Made by a program: the position numbers and the translations under genes. DNA of 64,000 nt from an uncultured delta proteobacterium (GTDB lineage: Bacteria; Myxococcota; Myxococcia; Myxococcales; Anaeromyxobacteraceae): NCBI GenBank assembly GCA_963828255.1, contig CAWHDZ010000031.1, forward strand, positions 1 through 64,000. The letters run 5' to 3'. Numbering within the stretch: the stretch's first letter is position 1; each line of letters opens with the position of its first letter. Below the pieces are notes generated by a model. That model did no database searches. It saw only the letters and a list, made by a program, of their open reading frames with translations, and was not told where the DNA came from. Below, piece by piece: positions 36,808-45,535 of this stretch.

Positions 36808-39660
36808 GTGAACCCTCGCCGCCCCGCCGTCCTGTCCGCCCTCGCGCTCGCGCTCGTGTCCGCCCTCACCGCCTGCAGCGGAGGGGCTCCATCCGGACTC
36901 GAGGTGGGCTCGGAGTCCTTCGTCTCGCAGCCTCCCGGATCGGGATTCCGCGGCGCGGGGGACACGGCGGGCGGAGGACCCACGGCGGCGCCCGGGCCGC
37001 AGGCCCCGACGTCGGGAACCGCCGCGGCCCCGAGGGACGTGGAGGAGTCGGACGTCTTCGCCCTCTCCGGCTCGACCCTGCACGTCCTGAACGCCTACCG
37101 CGGGCTCCAGATCGTGGACCTGGCCGACCCCGCCGCCCCGGTGCTCGCCTCGCGCGTGCCGGTGGTCGGGACTCCGGTCCAGCTCTACCTGCGCGGAGGG
37201 GTCGCCCTCTTCGTGGTCCGCGACGCCTTCGGCTGGGCCCGGACGGCCGATGCCGTGCAGCCGGTGTCGGGGTCGCAGCTCTGGGCGGTGGACGTGTCGG
37301 ACCCCGGTTCACCGTCGGTCCTGGCGCGCCTCGACGTCGAGGGATCGGTGGTGGAGACGCGCCTCGTCGGCGACGTCCTCTACCTGGTGTCGCGCAAGTT
37401 CTCCTGGATGGACGTCCTCCCCTCCCCGGGCGGGCTTCCGGTGGCGGCCGGTGGCGCGACCGGCGACCTCACGTTCGTCGCCAGCGTGGACGTGCGGGAT
37501 CCGCGCGCGCCGCGGGCGGTGGCGCGCATCGACTTCCCGGCCACCGGCTGGGATTCCCACGCGGTGGTGACCGACGAGCGGATCGTCCTCGCCCAGTCGG
37601 GCTGGAGCCCGTCCGGCGAGACCACCCGCTTCCAGATCGTCGACATCGCCGACCCCGCTGGCGCGCTCTCCCTCGGGGCCACCTTCGACGAGGCCGGGCG
37701 CATCGCCGATCGCTGGGGCCTCGATCAGGCCCCGGGCGTCTTCCGCGCCGTGCTGCAGAACGGCTGGAACGGCGGGGCCACGCTCCGCACCTGGTCCTCC
37801 GCCACCGTCGCCGAGGCGACGCCGCTGGGGCGCCTCGACATCGTCATCCCCGAGACCCTGACCGCGGCCCGCTTCGACGGCGCCCGGGTCTACGTGGTCA
37901 CCGCGGCCCGGGCCGATCCACTCTGGGTGGTGGACGCGGCCGACCCGGCCCGTCCGCTCCTCGCCGGCCAGCTCCACATGCCGGGGCAGATCGAGTTCAT
38001 CGAGCCACGCGGGAACCGGCTCCTCGGGCTCGGGCACACCGACGAGGCCGGGCAGCCCTGGCAGCTCGCGGTGTCGCTCGTGGACGTGACCGACCCCGCG
38101 CTGCCGACCCTCCTGCACCGCGTCCTCGTGGGCGACGGCTCCGGCGGGGTGAGCGCCGCACCCGACGACATGCGCAAGGCCTTCCGGGTGCTCGACGCCG
38201 CGGGGCTCGCGCTCGTGCCCTACCAGGGCTGGGACCCGGCCAGCTGGCGCTGGATCGGCGGTCTCCAGCTCGTGGACTTCGACCTCGCCGCGGGGACGCT
38301 CGGGAAGCGCGGCTTCGTCCCCCACCCGGGATCCATCTCCCGCGCCTTCCCCGTGCCGGGGCGCGCCGCCTGGCTCGCGGCCCTCTCCGACGAGCGGCTC
38401 CAGATCGTGGACGCCGCCGACCGGGACGCGCCGGTGGAGCGGGCCACGATCGACCTGGCCCGGTCCGTGTCCGCGCTCACCTTCGTCCAGGGGATGGCGG
38501 TCGAGCTCGCAGGCGACTGGTGGCGCGGGGACGCGGAGCTGGTGGTGGTCCCGGCGCTCGAGCCGGACGCGCCCGCGCCGCTCGCCCGGGTGGCGCTGGC
38601 CGCTCCCCAGGCGCGCCTCTTCCGGCTGGGCGACGTGGCCTGGATCATGGCCCACGATTTCACCCAGGGGAAGGCGTGGCTCGAGGCCGTGGACCTCTCC
38701 GATCCGCTCCACCCGGTGCGACGGGGACGTCTCGACCTCGCCCTGGCCGAGGCCGCCGGGGCGAGCGGCTGGGGCTTCCGGGGAGCGGGCGACGAGGCCG
38801 TGCTGCTCGGGAACGTGCTCGCCGTGCACCGCACCTGGTACGGTCCGGTGCCGATGGGCGCGGGGGGAACGGGTGCCTTTGCCCCCGGCGGCGGGCCGGT
38901 CGCGCAGGAGAACGCCGTGCTGCTCTTCGACCTCTCCGACCCGGACGCGCCCCGGCGCGCCGGCAAGGTGGCCATCCCGGGCAGCGACTGGTCCTGGGGG
39001 CTCACCGCCGAGGCCGGGCTGCTCTGGCTCACCCACCACGAGTGGATGTCGAGCACGCGCGGCGAGGTGCGCTACTACCTCGACCGGATCGACGTCGCCG
39101 ATCCCGACGCGCCGGTGCTCCTGCCCAAGGTGAACGTGCCCGGCACCTTCCTCGGGGCCGGGAGCGCGGGGCGCGTCTACACCCTCGACACGACCTGGAG
39201 CGAGGCCGCGGGCGCGGCAACCTCGGCGCTCCACGTCCTCGACCTCACCCCCCGCGGGACCGCCCGGCTGGTGGGCTCGATCCCCTTCCCCGGGTGGGCC
39301 GCCGGGGCCGTGCTCGGCGCCGGCCACGCCTGGCTGGTGACCCAGGACTGGTCGGGCAACCGGTCCGACGTGCGGCTCGTGACGGCCGACCTCGCAGCCC
39401 TCGGCGTCGCATCCTCCCAGCGCGTGGACGCCTCCTGGGCCTGGCCGCTCCGCGCCGGCGGCGGCAAGCTCTTCCTCGCCGCGGCCTCGGTGACGGGTGC
39501 GTCGTCGGTCCTGGTGATGGACCTCGCCTCGCCGGGCGCGCCGCGCCTCGAGCAGGCCGTCCCCAGCCAGGGCTGGACCTGGGACGTGGTCGTCGAGGGG
39601 CGGGTGGCCTACCTCCCCGGCGGTCCGTGGGGCGTGTCGATGATCCCGCTCGCACCGTGA
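36808..39660 (+). CDS. Lipoprotein with beta-propeller repeats (copy 2)
   Basis: Same translation as copy 1. Confidence 0.82.
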   Translation: MNPRRPAVLSALALALVSALTACSGGAPSGLEVGSESFVSQPPGSGFRGAGDTAGGGPTAAPGPQAPTSGTAAAPRDVEESDVFALSGSTLHVLNAYRGLQIVDLADPAAPVLASRVPVVGTPVQLYLRGGVALFVVRDAFGWARTADAVQPVSGSQLWAVDVSDPGSPSVLARLDVEGSVVETRLVGDVLYLVSRKFSWMDVLPSPGGLPVAAGGATGDLTFVASVDVRDPRAPRAVARIDFPATGWDSHAVVTDERIVLAQSGWSPSGETTRFQIVDIADPAGALSLGATFDEAGRIADRWGLDQAPGVFRAVLQNGWNGGATLRTWSSATVAEATPLGRLDIVIPETLTAARFDGARVYVVTAARADPLWVVDAADPARPLLAGQLHMPGQIEFIEPRGNRLLGLGHTDEAGQPWQLAVSLVDVTDPALPTLLHRVLVGDGSGGVSAAPDDMRKAFRVLDAAGLALVPYQGWDPASWRWIGGLQLVDFDLAAGTLGKRGFVPHPGSISRAFPVPGRAAWLAALSDERLQIVDAADRDAPVERATIDLARSVSALTFVQGMAVELAGDWWRGDAELVVVPALEPDAPAPLARVALAAPQARLFRLGDVAWIMAHDFTQGKAWLEAVDLSDPLHPVRRGRLDLALAEAAGASGWGFRGAGDEAVLLGNVLAVHRTWYGPVPMGAGGTGAFAPGGGPVAQENAVLLFDLSDPDAPRRAGKVAIPGSDWSWGLTAEAGLLWLTHHEWMSSTRGEVRYYLDRIDVADPDAPVLLPKVNVPGTFLGAGSAGRVYTLDTTWSEAAGAATSALHVLDLTPRGTARLVGSIPFPGWAAGAVLGAGHAWLVTQDWSGNRSDVRLVTADLAALGVASSQRVDASWAWPLRAGGGKLFLAAASVTGASSVLVMDLASPGAPRLEQAVPSQGWTWDVVVEGRVAYLPGGPWGVSMIPLAP

Positions 39661-40385
39661 TGCGGCCGCTGCTGGCCGCCGCCGCCCTGGCGGCGGCCCT
39701 GGCTGCCGGCGCCGCCGAGGTGGCGGTCACCTGGGACGCCGACCTGGCCCCGCCCTCCGACCCGGCAGCCTACGAGCGGCAGCTTCGCGCCATCGTCGCC
39801 GACGCCCGGGCCCGGGTGATCGCCGCCCTGGGGATGGAGCCCGGCCCCGTGCTCTCCGTGAGGATCCACTCCCGGGCCGGCTACGAGCGCCGGTTCGGCG
39901 CCGAGGCCGCCCACCACGACGCGGCGCGCTTCGCCGGGGAGGAGGTCCACGTGAACGGGGGCGCCCGGCTCGACGACCGGCTCGCCGGCCTGGTGGTGCA
40001 CGAGATGGTCCACGCCGCGCTCGACGCCCGGGGCACGGCCTCGGCGCTGCCGCGCTGGCTCGACGAGGGGCTGGCGGAGCGGCTCTCCTGGATCCGGCGC
40101 GGCCAGGGGTTCCCGGCGCCGAACCAGGTCGCCGAGCTCAAGCAGGCCCGGGAGCGGAAGGAGCTCGTGCCCCTGCCGCGGGCGGGTGAGCTCTCCCGCC
40201 TGGAATATCTAAAGTCCTGGGCCGCGGTGGTGTTCCTGGAGGGGAAGGTCGGCCGGGAGCGGGTGGTGGCCGCGGTGCGGGCCACGCTGGGCGGCGAGCC
40301 GTTCGAGAAGGCGCTCCGGAGGGAGTGCGCGACGTCGCCGGAGGAGCTCGACGGCGCGTTCGAGGCCTGGGTGGGGGGGTTGTGA
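39660..40385 (+). CDS. Secreted zincin / peptidase MA-like protein (copy 2)
   Basis: Same translation as copy 1 (HEMVH). Confidence 0.8.
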   Translation: MRPLLAAAALAAALAAGAAEVAVTWDADLAPPSDPAAYERQLRAIVADARARVIAALGMEPGPVLSVRIHSRAGYERRFGAEAAHHDAARFAGEEVHVNGGARLDDRLAGLVVHEMVHAALDARGTASALPRWLDEGLAERLSWIRRGQGFPAPNQVAELKQARERKELVPLPRAGELSRLEYLKSWAAVVFLEGKVGRERVVAAVRATLGGEPFEKALRRECATSPEELDGAFEAWVGGL

Positions 40386-40415
40386 CCGGGGGTGTGGAGG
40401 CATAGCCTCCGGCGC

Positions 40416-41852
40416 ATGGCACGCGAATCCTCCATGGTGGGCGCCAAGGTCCGTGCGCTGCGCCGCCAGAAGAGCGTGAGCCAGGTGCAGCTCGCCGAGC
40501 GCCTCGGCATCTCCCCCTCCTACCTGAACCTCATCGAGCACAACCGCCGCGCCATGCCGGCGCCGTTGCTCATCAAGATCGCCGAGATCTTCGAGCTCGA
40601 CCTGAAGGCGCTCTCGACCGAGCAGGACGCCCGCACCGTCGCCGACCTCATGGAGCTCTTCGGCGACCCCATCTTCGAGCACGAGGACGTGACCACCGCC
40701 GAGGTGCGCGACCTGGCGGCGCACGCCCCCACCGCGGCCCGCGGGATCCTGAAGCTCTACCACGCGTACCGGGAGTCACGGGAGGCGGCCGACAACCTGG
40801 CCATCAAGATCTCCGGTCGCGGCGACCTCACCGGCGTGGACTCCTCGCGCATGCCCACCGAGGAGGTCTCCGACCTCATCCAGCGCCACACCAACCACTT
40901 CCCGGAGATGGAGGAGGGGGCCGAGCAGCTCTGGCGCGACGCCCGGCTGGGCGGCGACGACCTGCAGCAGGGGCTCGAGCACCAGCTGCAGCGGGTCCAC
41001 GGCATCCAGGTGCGGATCGAGCGAACCGCCGACATGGGGGACGCCATCCGGCGCTTCGACCCGGAGAAGCGGGTGCTCTACCTGTCGGAGGTGCTGCGCC
41101 GCGGATCGCGCAACTTCCACCTGGCCTACCAGATCGGGCTCGCCACCCAGCAGGCGGCGCTGGACCGTTACGCCGCCGACCCGCTGCTCACCAGCGACGC
41201 GGCCCGGGCGCTGGCGCGGGTGCTCCTCGCCAACTACTTCGCCTCGGCCATCCTCATGCCCTACGCCCCCTTCCTGGAGGCGGCGCGGCAGGAGCGCTAC
41301 GACATCGACCTGCTCGGGCACCGCTTCCGCACCAGCTACGAGCAGGTCTGCCACCGGCTCACCACGCTGCGCCGCCCCGGGGCCGAGGGCATCCCCATCC
41401 ACTTCGTGCGCGTGGACATCGCCGGCAACATCTCCAAGCGCTTCTCCGCCTCGGGGCTGCGCTTCGCCCGCTTCTCCGGCGCCTGCCCGCGCTGGAACGT
41501 CTTCCAGGCCTTCCTGACGCCGGGGATGATCCGCACCCAGCTCTCCCAGATGCCCGACGGGACCACCTACTTCTGGGTTGCACGCTCCGTGTACAAGGAG
41601 GGCGGGGGCTTCCACGCGCCCCGCACCCCGCTCGCCATCGCCATCGGATGCGAGGTGGGGCACGCCCGCAAGATGGTCTACGCCGACGGGATGAACCTCG
41701 ACTCGCGCGAGGCGGTGGTCCCGGTGGGGCTCACCTGCCGGCTCTGCGAGCGGACCGACTGCGAGCAGCGGGCCTTCCCGCCCATCCAGCACCCCCTGCA
41801 GGTGCAGGAGAACGTGCGCGGCGTGAGCTTCTTCGCGCCGGTGGACAAGTAA
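40416..41852 (+). CDS. XRE-HTH short-chain fatty acyl-CoA regulator (RamB/PrpR/PccR family), full length
   Basis: LAERLGISPSYLNLIEHNRR, ANYFASAILMPY, SYEQVCHRLTTLRRPG, GNISKRFSA, GACPRWN, CRLCERTDCEQRAFP. Confidence 0.93.
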   Translation: MARESSMVGAKVRALRRQKSVSQVQLAERLGISPSYLNLIEHNRRAMPAPLLIKIAEIFELDLKALSTEQDARTVADLMELFGDPIFEHEDVTTAEVRDLAAHAPTAARGILKLYHAYRESREAADNLAIKISGRGDLTGVDSSRMPTEEVSDLIQRHTNHFPEMEEGAEQLWRDARLGGDDLQQGLEHQLQRVHGIQVRIERTADMGDAIRRFDPEKRVLYLSEVLRRGSRNFHLAYQIGLATQQAALDRYAADPLLTSDAARALARVLLANYFASAILMPYAPFLEAARQERYDIDLLGHRFRTSYEQVCHRLTTLRRPGAEGIPIHFVRVDIAGNISKRFSASGLRFARFSGACPRWNVFQAFLTPGMIRTQLSQMPDGTTYFWVARSVYKEGGGFHAPRTPLAIAIGCEVGHARKMVYADGMNLDSREAVVPVGLTCRLCERTDCEQRAFPPIQHPLQVQENVRGVSFFAPVDK

Positions 41853-41857
41853 CGGCG

Positions 41858-42340
41858 ATGGGCAAGGCGCCGTCCACAGCCGCCACGCGGCTGCTTCGCG
41901 AGAAGGGAGTGGCCTACACCGAGCACCTGTACCGGTACGAGGAGAAGGGCGGCACCGCCGTCTCCTCCCGTGAGCTCGGGGTGGAGGAGCACGCGGTGGT
42001 GAAGACGCTCATCATGGAGGACGACCAGGGGGAGCCGCTCGTCGTGCTCATGCACGGGGACCGGGAGGTCTCCGTGAAGGCGCTGGCGCGCCAGCTCTCC
42101 CGCCGCTCGGTGCAGATCTGCAAGCCGGAGGTGGCCAACCGGCACAGCGGCTACCAGGTGGGCGGCACGAGCCCCTTCGGCACGCGCAAGCGGATGCCGG
42201 TCTGCGTGGAGCGGACCATCCTCGACCTGGCGCGGATCCACGTGAACGGCGGGTCGCGCGGCTTCCTGGTGGGCATCGACCCGAAGGAGATCCAGCGCGT
42301 CCTCGAGGTCACGGTCGTCGAGGTCGGGATCGAGCCCTGA
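41858..42340 (+). CDS. ybaK: Cys-tRNA(Pro) deacylase YbaK/EbsC
   Basis: VVKTLIM, GYQVGGTSPFG, NGGSRG. Confidence 0.92.
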   Translation: MGKAPSTAATRLLREKGVAYTEHLYRYEEKGGTAVSSRELGVEEHAVVKTLIMEDDQGEPLVVLMHGDREVSVKALARQLSRRSVQICKPEVANRHSGYQVGGTSPFGTRKRMPVCVERTILDLARIHVNGGSRGFLVGIDPKEIQRVLEVTVVEVGIEP

Positions 42341-42367
42341 AGGCCCGCCCCGGACAGGCCCCGGGGC

Positions 42368-42904
42368 CTATCCGAACAGCCAGCGCACCGCCACCACCGA
42401 GGCGGCGAATCCGGCCAGGTCGGCCATCAGCGCCGCCGGGAGCGCCTGCCGGTACCGGGTGATCCCGATGGCGCCGAAGTAGACGGCCAGCACGTAGAAG
42501 GTGGTCTCGGTCGAGCCGGCCATGACCGAGACCAGCCGCCCGGCGTGGGAGTCGGGGCCGTCCGAGCGCAGCACGTCGGCCACCACCCCCAGCGCCGCGC
42601 CGCCGGAGAGCGGGCGGACGAGCACCATGGGGAGCACGCTCGTCGGGATGCCCACCGCCGAGGTCAAGGGTGCGAGCAGCGCGGCCAGCGCGTCCATGGC
42701 CCCCGAGGCCCGCAGCATCCCCAGCGCCACCACCACCGCGACCAGCGGGGGGATGACCCGGACGGCGATCTGGAACCCCTCCTTCGCCCCCTCCACGAAG
42801 ACCGGGTAGACCTTCACCTTGCGTGTGAGGGCCCAGGCCGGGATCCCGGCCACCAGGAGCGGGATGGCCCAGATCGAGAGGGCCTCCAGGGCCGCCCTAA
42901 GCAC
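42368..42904 (-). CDS. spmB: SpmB-like gate-domain membrane protein
   Basis: FVEGAKEG, RPLSGG, GSTETTFYVLAVYFG. Confidence 0.88.
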   Translation of the reverse strand: MLRAALEALSIWAIPLLVAGIPAWALTRKVKVYPVFVEGAKEGFQIAVRVIPPLVAVVVALGMLRASGAMDALAALLAPLTSAVGIPTSVLPMVLVRPLSGGAALGVVADVLRSDGPDSHAGRLVSVMAGSTETTFYVLAVYFGAIGITRYRQALPAALMADLAGFAASVVAVRWLFG

Positions 42905-43499
42905 GCGGGGCCCCGGGGGGCGGCGCGGGGAAGAGGCGGCGGAGGGCCCATGCGGAGGCCACCGCGGCCACGGTGGCGCAGGCCGAGGCGAGCAGGGTGG
43001 CGGCCAGGATGTCGGCGGGCTGGCGCGCGCCGGCGGCGGCGCGGAGCGCGATGACGCTGGCCGGGACCAGCTGCACGCTGGCGGTGTTGAGGGCGCAGAA
43101 GAGCGCCTGGGCGTCGGTGGCCGTCCCCGGGTGCGGGTTCTCGCGCTCCAGCTCCTCCATGGCCTTGATGCCGAAGGGGGTCGCGGCGTTGCCCAGCCCG
43201 AGCATGTTGGCGGCCACGTTCATGGTGATGGCGCCCATGGCCGGCGAGTCGGCCGGCACCGCGGGGAAGAGGCGACGCAGCACCGGGCGAGCCAGCCGTC
43301 CCAGCGCCCGGACCAGCCCCGCCTCCTCGGCGACCTTCATGAGGCCGAGCCAGAGGGTGAGGACGCCGACCAGGCCGAGGGAGAGGGTGACCGCCCTCCC
43401 GGCCGACTCGGCGATGGCGCCGGGCAGGGCGGCCATCCGGCCGGTCAGGGCCGCCACCACCACCGAGCCCACGAGGAGCAGCACCCAGAGGACGCTCAT
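42897..43499 (-). CDS. spmA: SpmA-like gate-domain membrane protein
   Basis: LWLGLMKVAE, ANMLGLGNAATPFGIKAM, LNTASVQL. Confidence 0.9.
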   Translation of the reverse strand: MSVLWVLLLVGSVVVAALTGRMAALPGAIAESAGRAVTLSLGLVGVLTLWLGLMKVAEEAGLVRALGRLARPVLRRLFPAVPADSPAMGAITMNVAANMLGLGNAATPFGIKAMEELERENPHPGTATDAQALFCALNTASVQLVPASVIALRAAAGARQPADILAATLLASACATVAAVASAWALRRLFPAPPPGAPRA

Positions 43500-43561
43500 C
43501 GCCCGGGATCAGAGCCCGGCGCGGAGGGAATTGCCAGTTTCTGCTAAAGGTTGGAGCACCC

Positions 43562-45061
43562 ATGGGACGACGGGCATGGAGAATCCTCGCCGCGGGCGCG
43601 ATCGCCTGCACGGCAGCCGGCGCGCTGGCCGCTCCCCCCGCCACCGGCGGCGCGACGCCGCCGGACCGGCACTGCCGCCCCGACGCCACCCTGCTCGACC
43701 TGCCCTCGCGCGTCGAGCCGGAGTGGTACGGGCTCTACGTGGGGGACAAGAAGGTGGGCTGGCTGAAGACCTCGGCCGGGCTCGAGACGCGGGACGGGAA
43801 GAGCGTCCGGGTCGGGCGGGAGGAGATGCTCGTCGAGGCCAGGGTCGGCGAGCGGGTGGTGCGCCGGCAGGTCACCGAGGAGCGGGTCTACGAGCCGGGT
43901 CGGCGCGGACGCCTCCTCTCCATGCACACCGAGTTCACCGGCGACGGGGGCAACCGGAGCCTCCGCGTCACCTGCACCCCCGCCACCTGCAAGGCCGAGA
44001 TCACCGCCGACGACGGCCGGCGGAGCACCGAGTTCCCGCATCCCGGCGAGACCGCGGAGCAGGCGGAGGCCGCGCGCCTCGCCGCCCGGACCTGCAAGCC
44101 GGTGAGCGGCGCCCAGCTCCAGTCCGACGACCTGCGGGTGAAGAGGATGACCAGCCGCTACGCCGGCCGGACCCGCGTCGGAGGCGGGGGCGTCGAGGTC
44201 CCGGTCTCGATCGTCGAGGAGAAGGAGGACGGCGACCGGGTCGCACCCAAGGTGCTGGTCTCCGACGACGGCCGAATCCTGGAGACCCGGGTCGGCGACG
44301 GGATGGTCATCCGGCTCGAGCCGGCCGAGATCGCCCGCAGGCTCGACGTCGTGGACCTCTTCACCACGCTGCGCGTCCCGCTCCCAGGGCCGCTCCCCCG
44401 CGAGGTTCCCATGTCCATCACCTTCGCGCTCCAGGGGCTGCCGCGCGGCTTCGACCTCGACGACCAGCGGCAGAGGGCCGTCCCCGGGGCCGCCGGAGAG
44501 ACCCTGCTCACCGTCACCGCGCGTGAATTCGGCGGCCCGGACGCGCCCCGGGGGAAGCCCGCCCCGCGCGGCGACGCCGACCAGTCCACCACCATCGAGA
44601 TCGACTGGGAGCACCCGTCCATCCGCGACCTCTCCGCGGCCGTGGCGGGGAGCACCACCGGCGCCTGGGCCACGGCCCGCAAGCTCTCCCGCGCGGTGCA
44701 CGACCGGCTCGACAAGGTCTACGGCCAGAGCCGCGACAGGGCCAGCGAGATCTTGAAGCAGGGCAAGGGGGACTGCACCGAGCACACCCGGCTCTTCGTG
44801 GCGCTCTGCCGGGCGGCGGGGATCCGGGCCCGCGAGGTGAAGGGGCTCGTCTTCGCCAACTACGGCCAGGGCGGCCCGGCGCTCTACTGGCACGCCTGGG
44901 CCGAGGTCCAGGTGGGCGCCGACTGGATCGCCATGGACCCCACCTTCGGCCAGGACGTGGCCGACGCCACCCACATCGCGCTCGGGCGCGGCGCCCGCCA
45001 GGACGCCATCGCGCTCGTGGGCTCCCTCCGGGTATCCCGGGCCGAGCCTCGCAAGCCGTAG
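43562..45061 (+). CDS. Secreted transglutaminase-like domain protein
   Basis: Signal peptide; triad GDCTEH, HAWAEV, MDPT. Confidence 0.88.
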   Translation: MGRRAWRILAAGAIACTAAGALAAPPATGGATPPDRHCRPDATLLDLPSRVEPEWYGLYVGDKKVGWLKTSAGLETRDGKSVRVGREEMLVEARVGERVVRRQVTEERVYEPGRRGRLLSMHTEFTGDGGNRSLRVTCTPATCKAEITADDGRRSTEFPHPGETAEQAEAARLAARTCKPVSGAQLQSDDLRVKRMTSRYAGRTRVGGGGVEVPVSIVEEKEDGDRVAPKVLVSDDGRILETRVGDGMVIRLEPAEIARRLDVVDLFTTLRVPLPGPLPREVPMSITFALQGLPRGFDLDDQRQRAVPGAAGETLLTVTAREFGGPDAPRGKPAPRGDADQSTTIEIDWEHPSIRDLSAAVAGSTTGAWATARKLSRAVHDRLDKVYGQSRDRASEILKQGKGDCTEHTRLFVALCRAAGIRAREVKGLVFANYGQGGPALYWHAWAEVQVGADWIAMDPTFGQDVADATHIALGRGARQDAIALVGSLRVSRAEPRKP

Positions 45062-45093
45062 AATCCCCACCCACCACCACCCGGAGGAACGCC

Positions 45094-45501
45094 ATGAAGG
45101 GGCTCGACCACGTCGCCATCCTCGTTTCCGACCTCGACGCAGCCATCAAGCTCTACCGCGACGTCTACGGCCTGGAACTGGCCGAGATCGAGGAGGTGCC
45201 CTCGGAGAAGGTGAGGGTGGCCATCTTCGGCCACGGCAGCGGGCGCATCGAGCTGGTCTCGCCGAGCGGCCCGGACAGCCCCATGGCCAGGACCATCGAG
45301 AAGCGCGGGGAGGGGCTCCACCACGTCTGCCTCGAGGTGCCGGACATCGAGAAGGCCATGGAGGCGCTGAAGGCCCAGGGGGCTCCGCTGCTCGACGAGA
45401 AGCCCCGCGCCGGGGCCGGAGGGGCGCGGGTCGCCTTCGTCCACCCGAAGGGGAGCCGGGGGGTCCTGGTCGAGCTCCGGCAGGGGCCCGGGAACGCTTG
45501 A
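45094..45501 (+). CDS. mce: Methylmalonyl-CoA epimerase
   Basis: LDHVAILV, RIELV, GEGLHHVCLEV, AFVHPK...GVLVEL. Confidence 0.9.
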   Translation: MKGLDHVAILVSDLDAAIKLYRDVYGLELAEIEEVPSEKVRVAIFGHGSGRIELVSPSGPDSPMARTIEKRGEGLHHVCLEVPDIEKAMEALKAQGAPLLDEKPRAGAGGARVAFVHPKGSRGVLVELRQGPGNA

Positions 45502-45535
45502 CCCCAAGGGGAATCGCATGGTTAGTGACACCCCC

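Larger units (their letters stand above)
35271..41674. repeat. Tandem duplication copy 2 (6404 bp)
   Basis: Matches copy 1 apart from two substitutions noticed by eye (34609A/41013C, 35253C/41657G); continues into unique sequence after 41676. Confidence 0.97.

Noticed and set aside
42368..43499. spmA/spmB as evidence of endospore formation
   Set aside because: These gate-domain membrane proteins occur widely in non-sporulating bacteria; no other sporulation genes are in the window.
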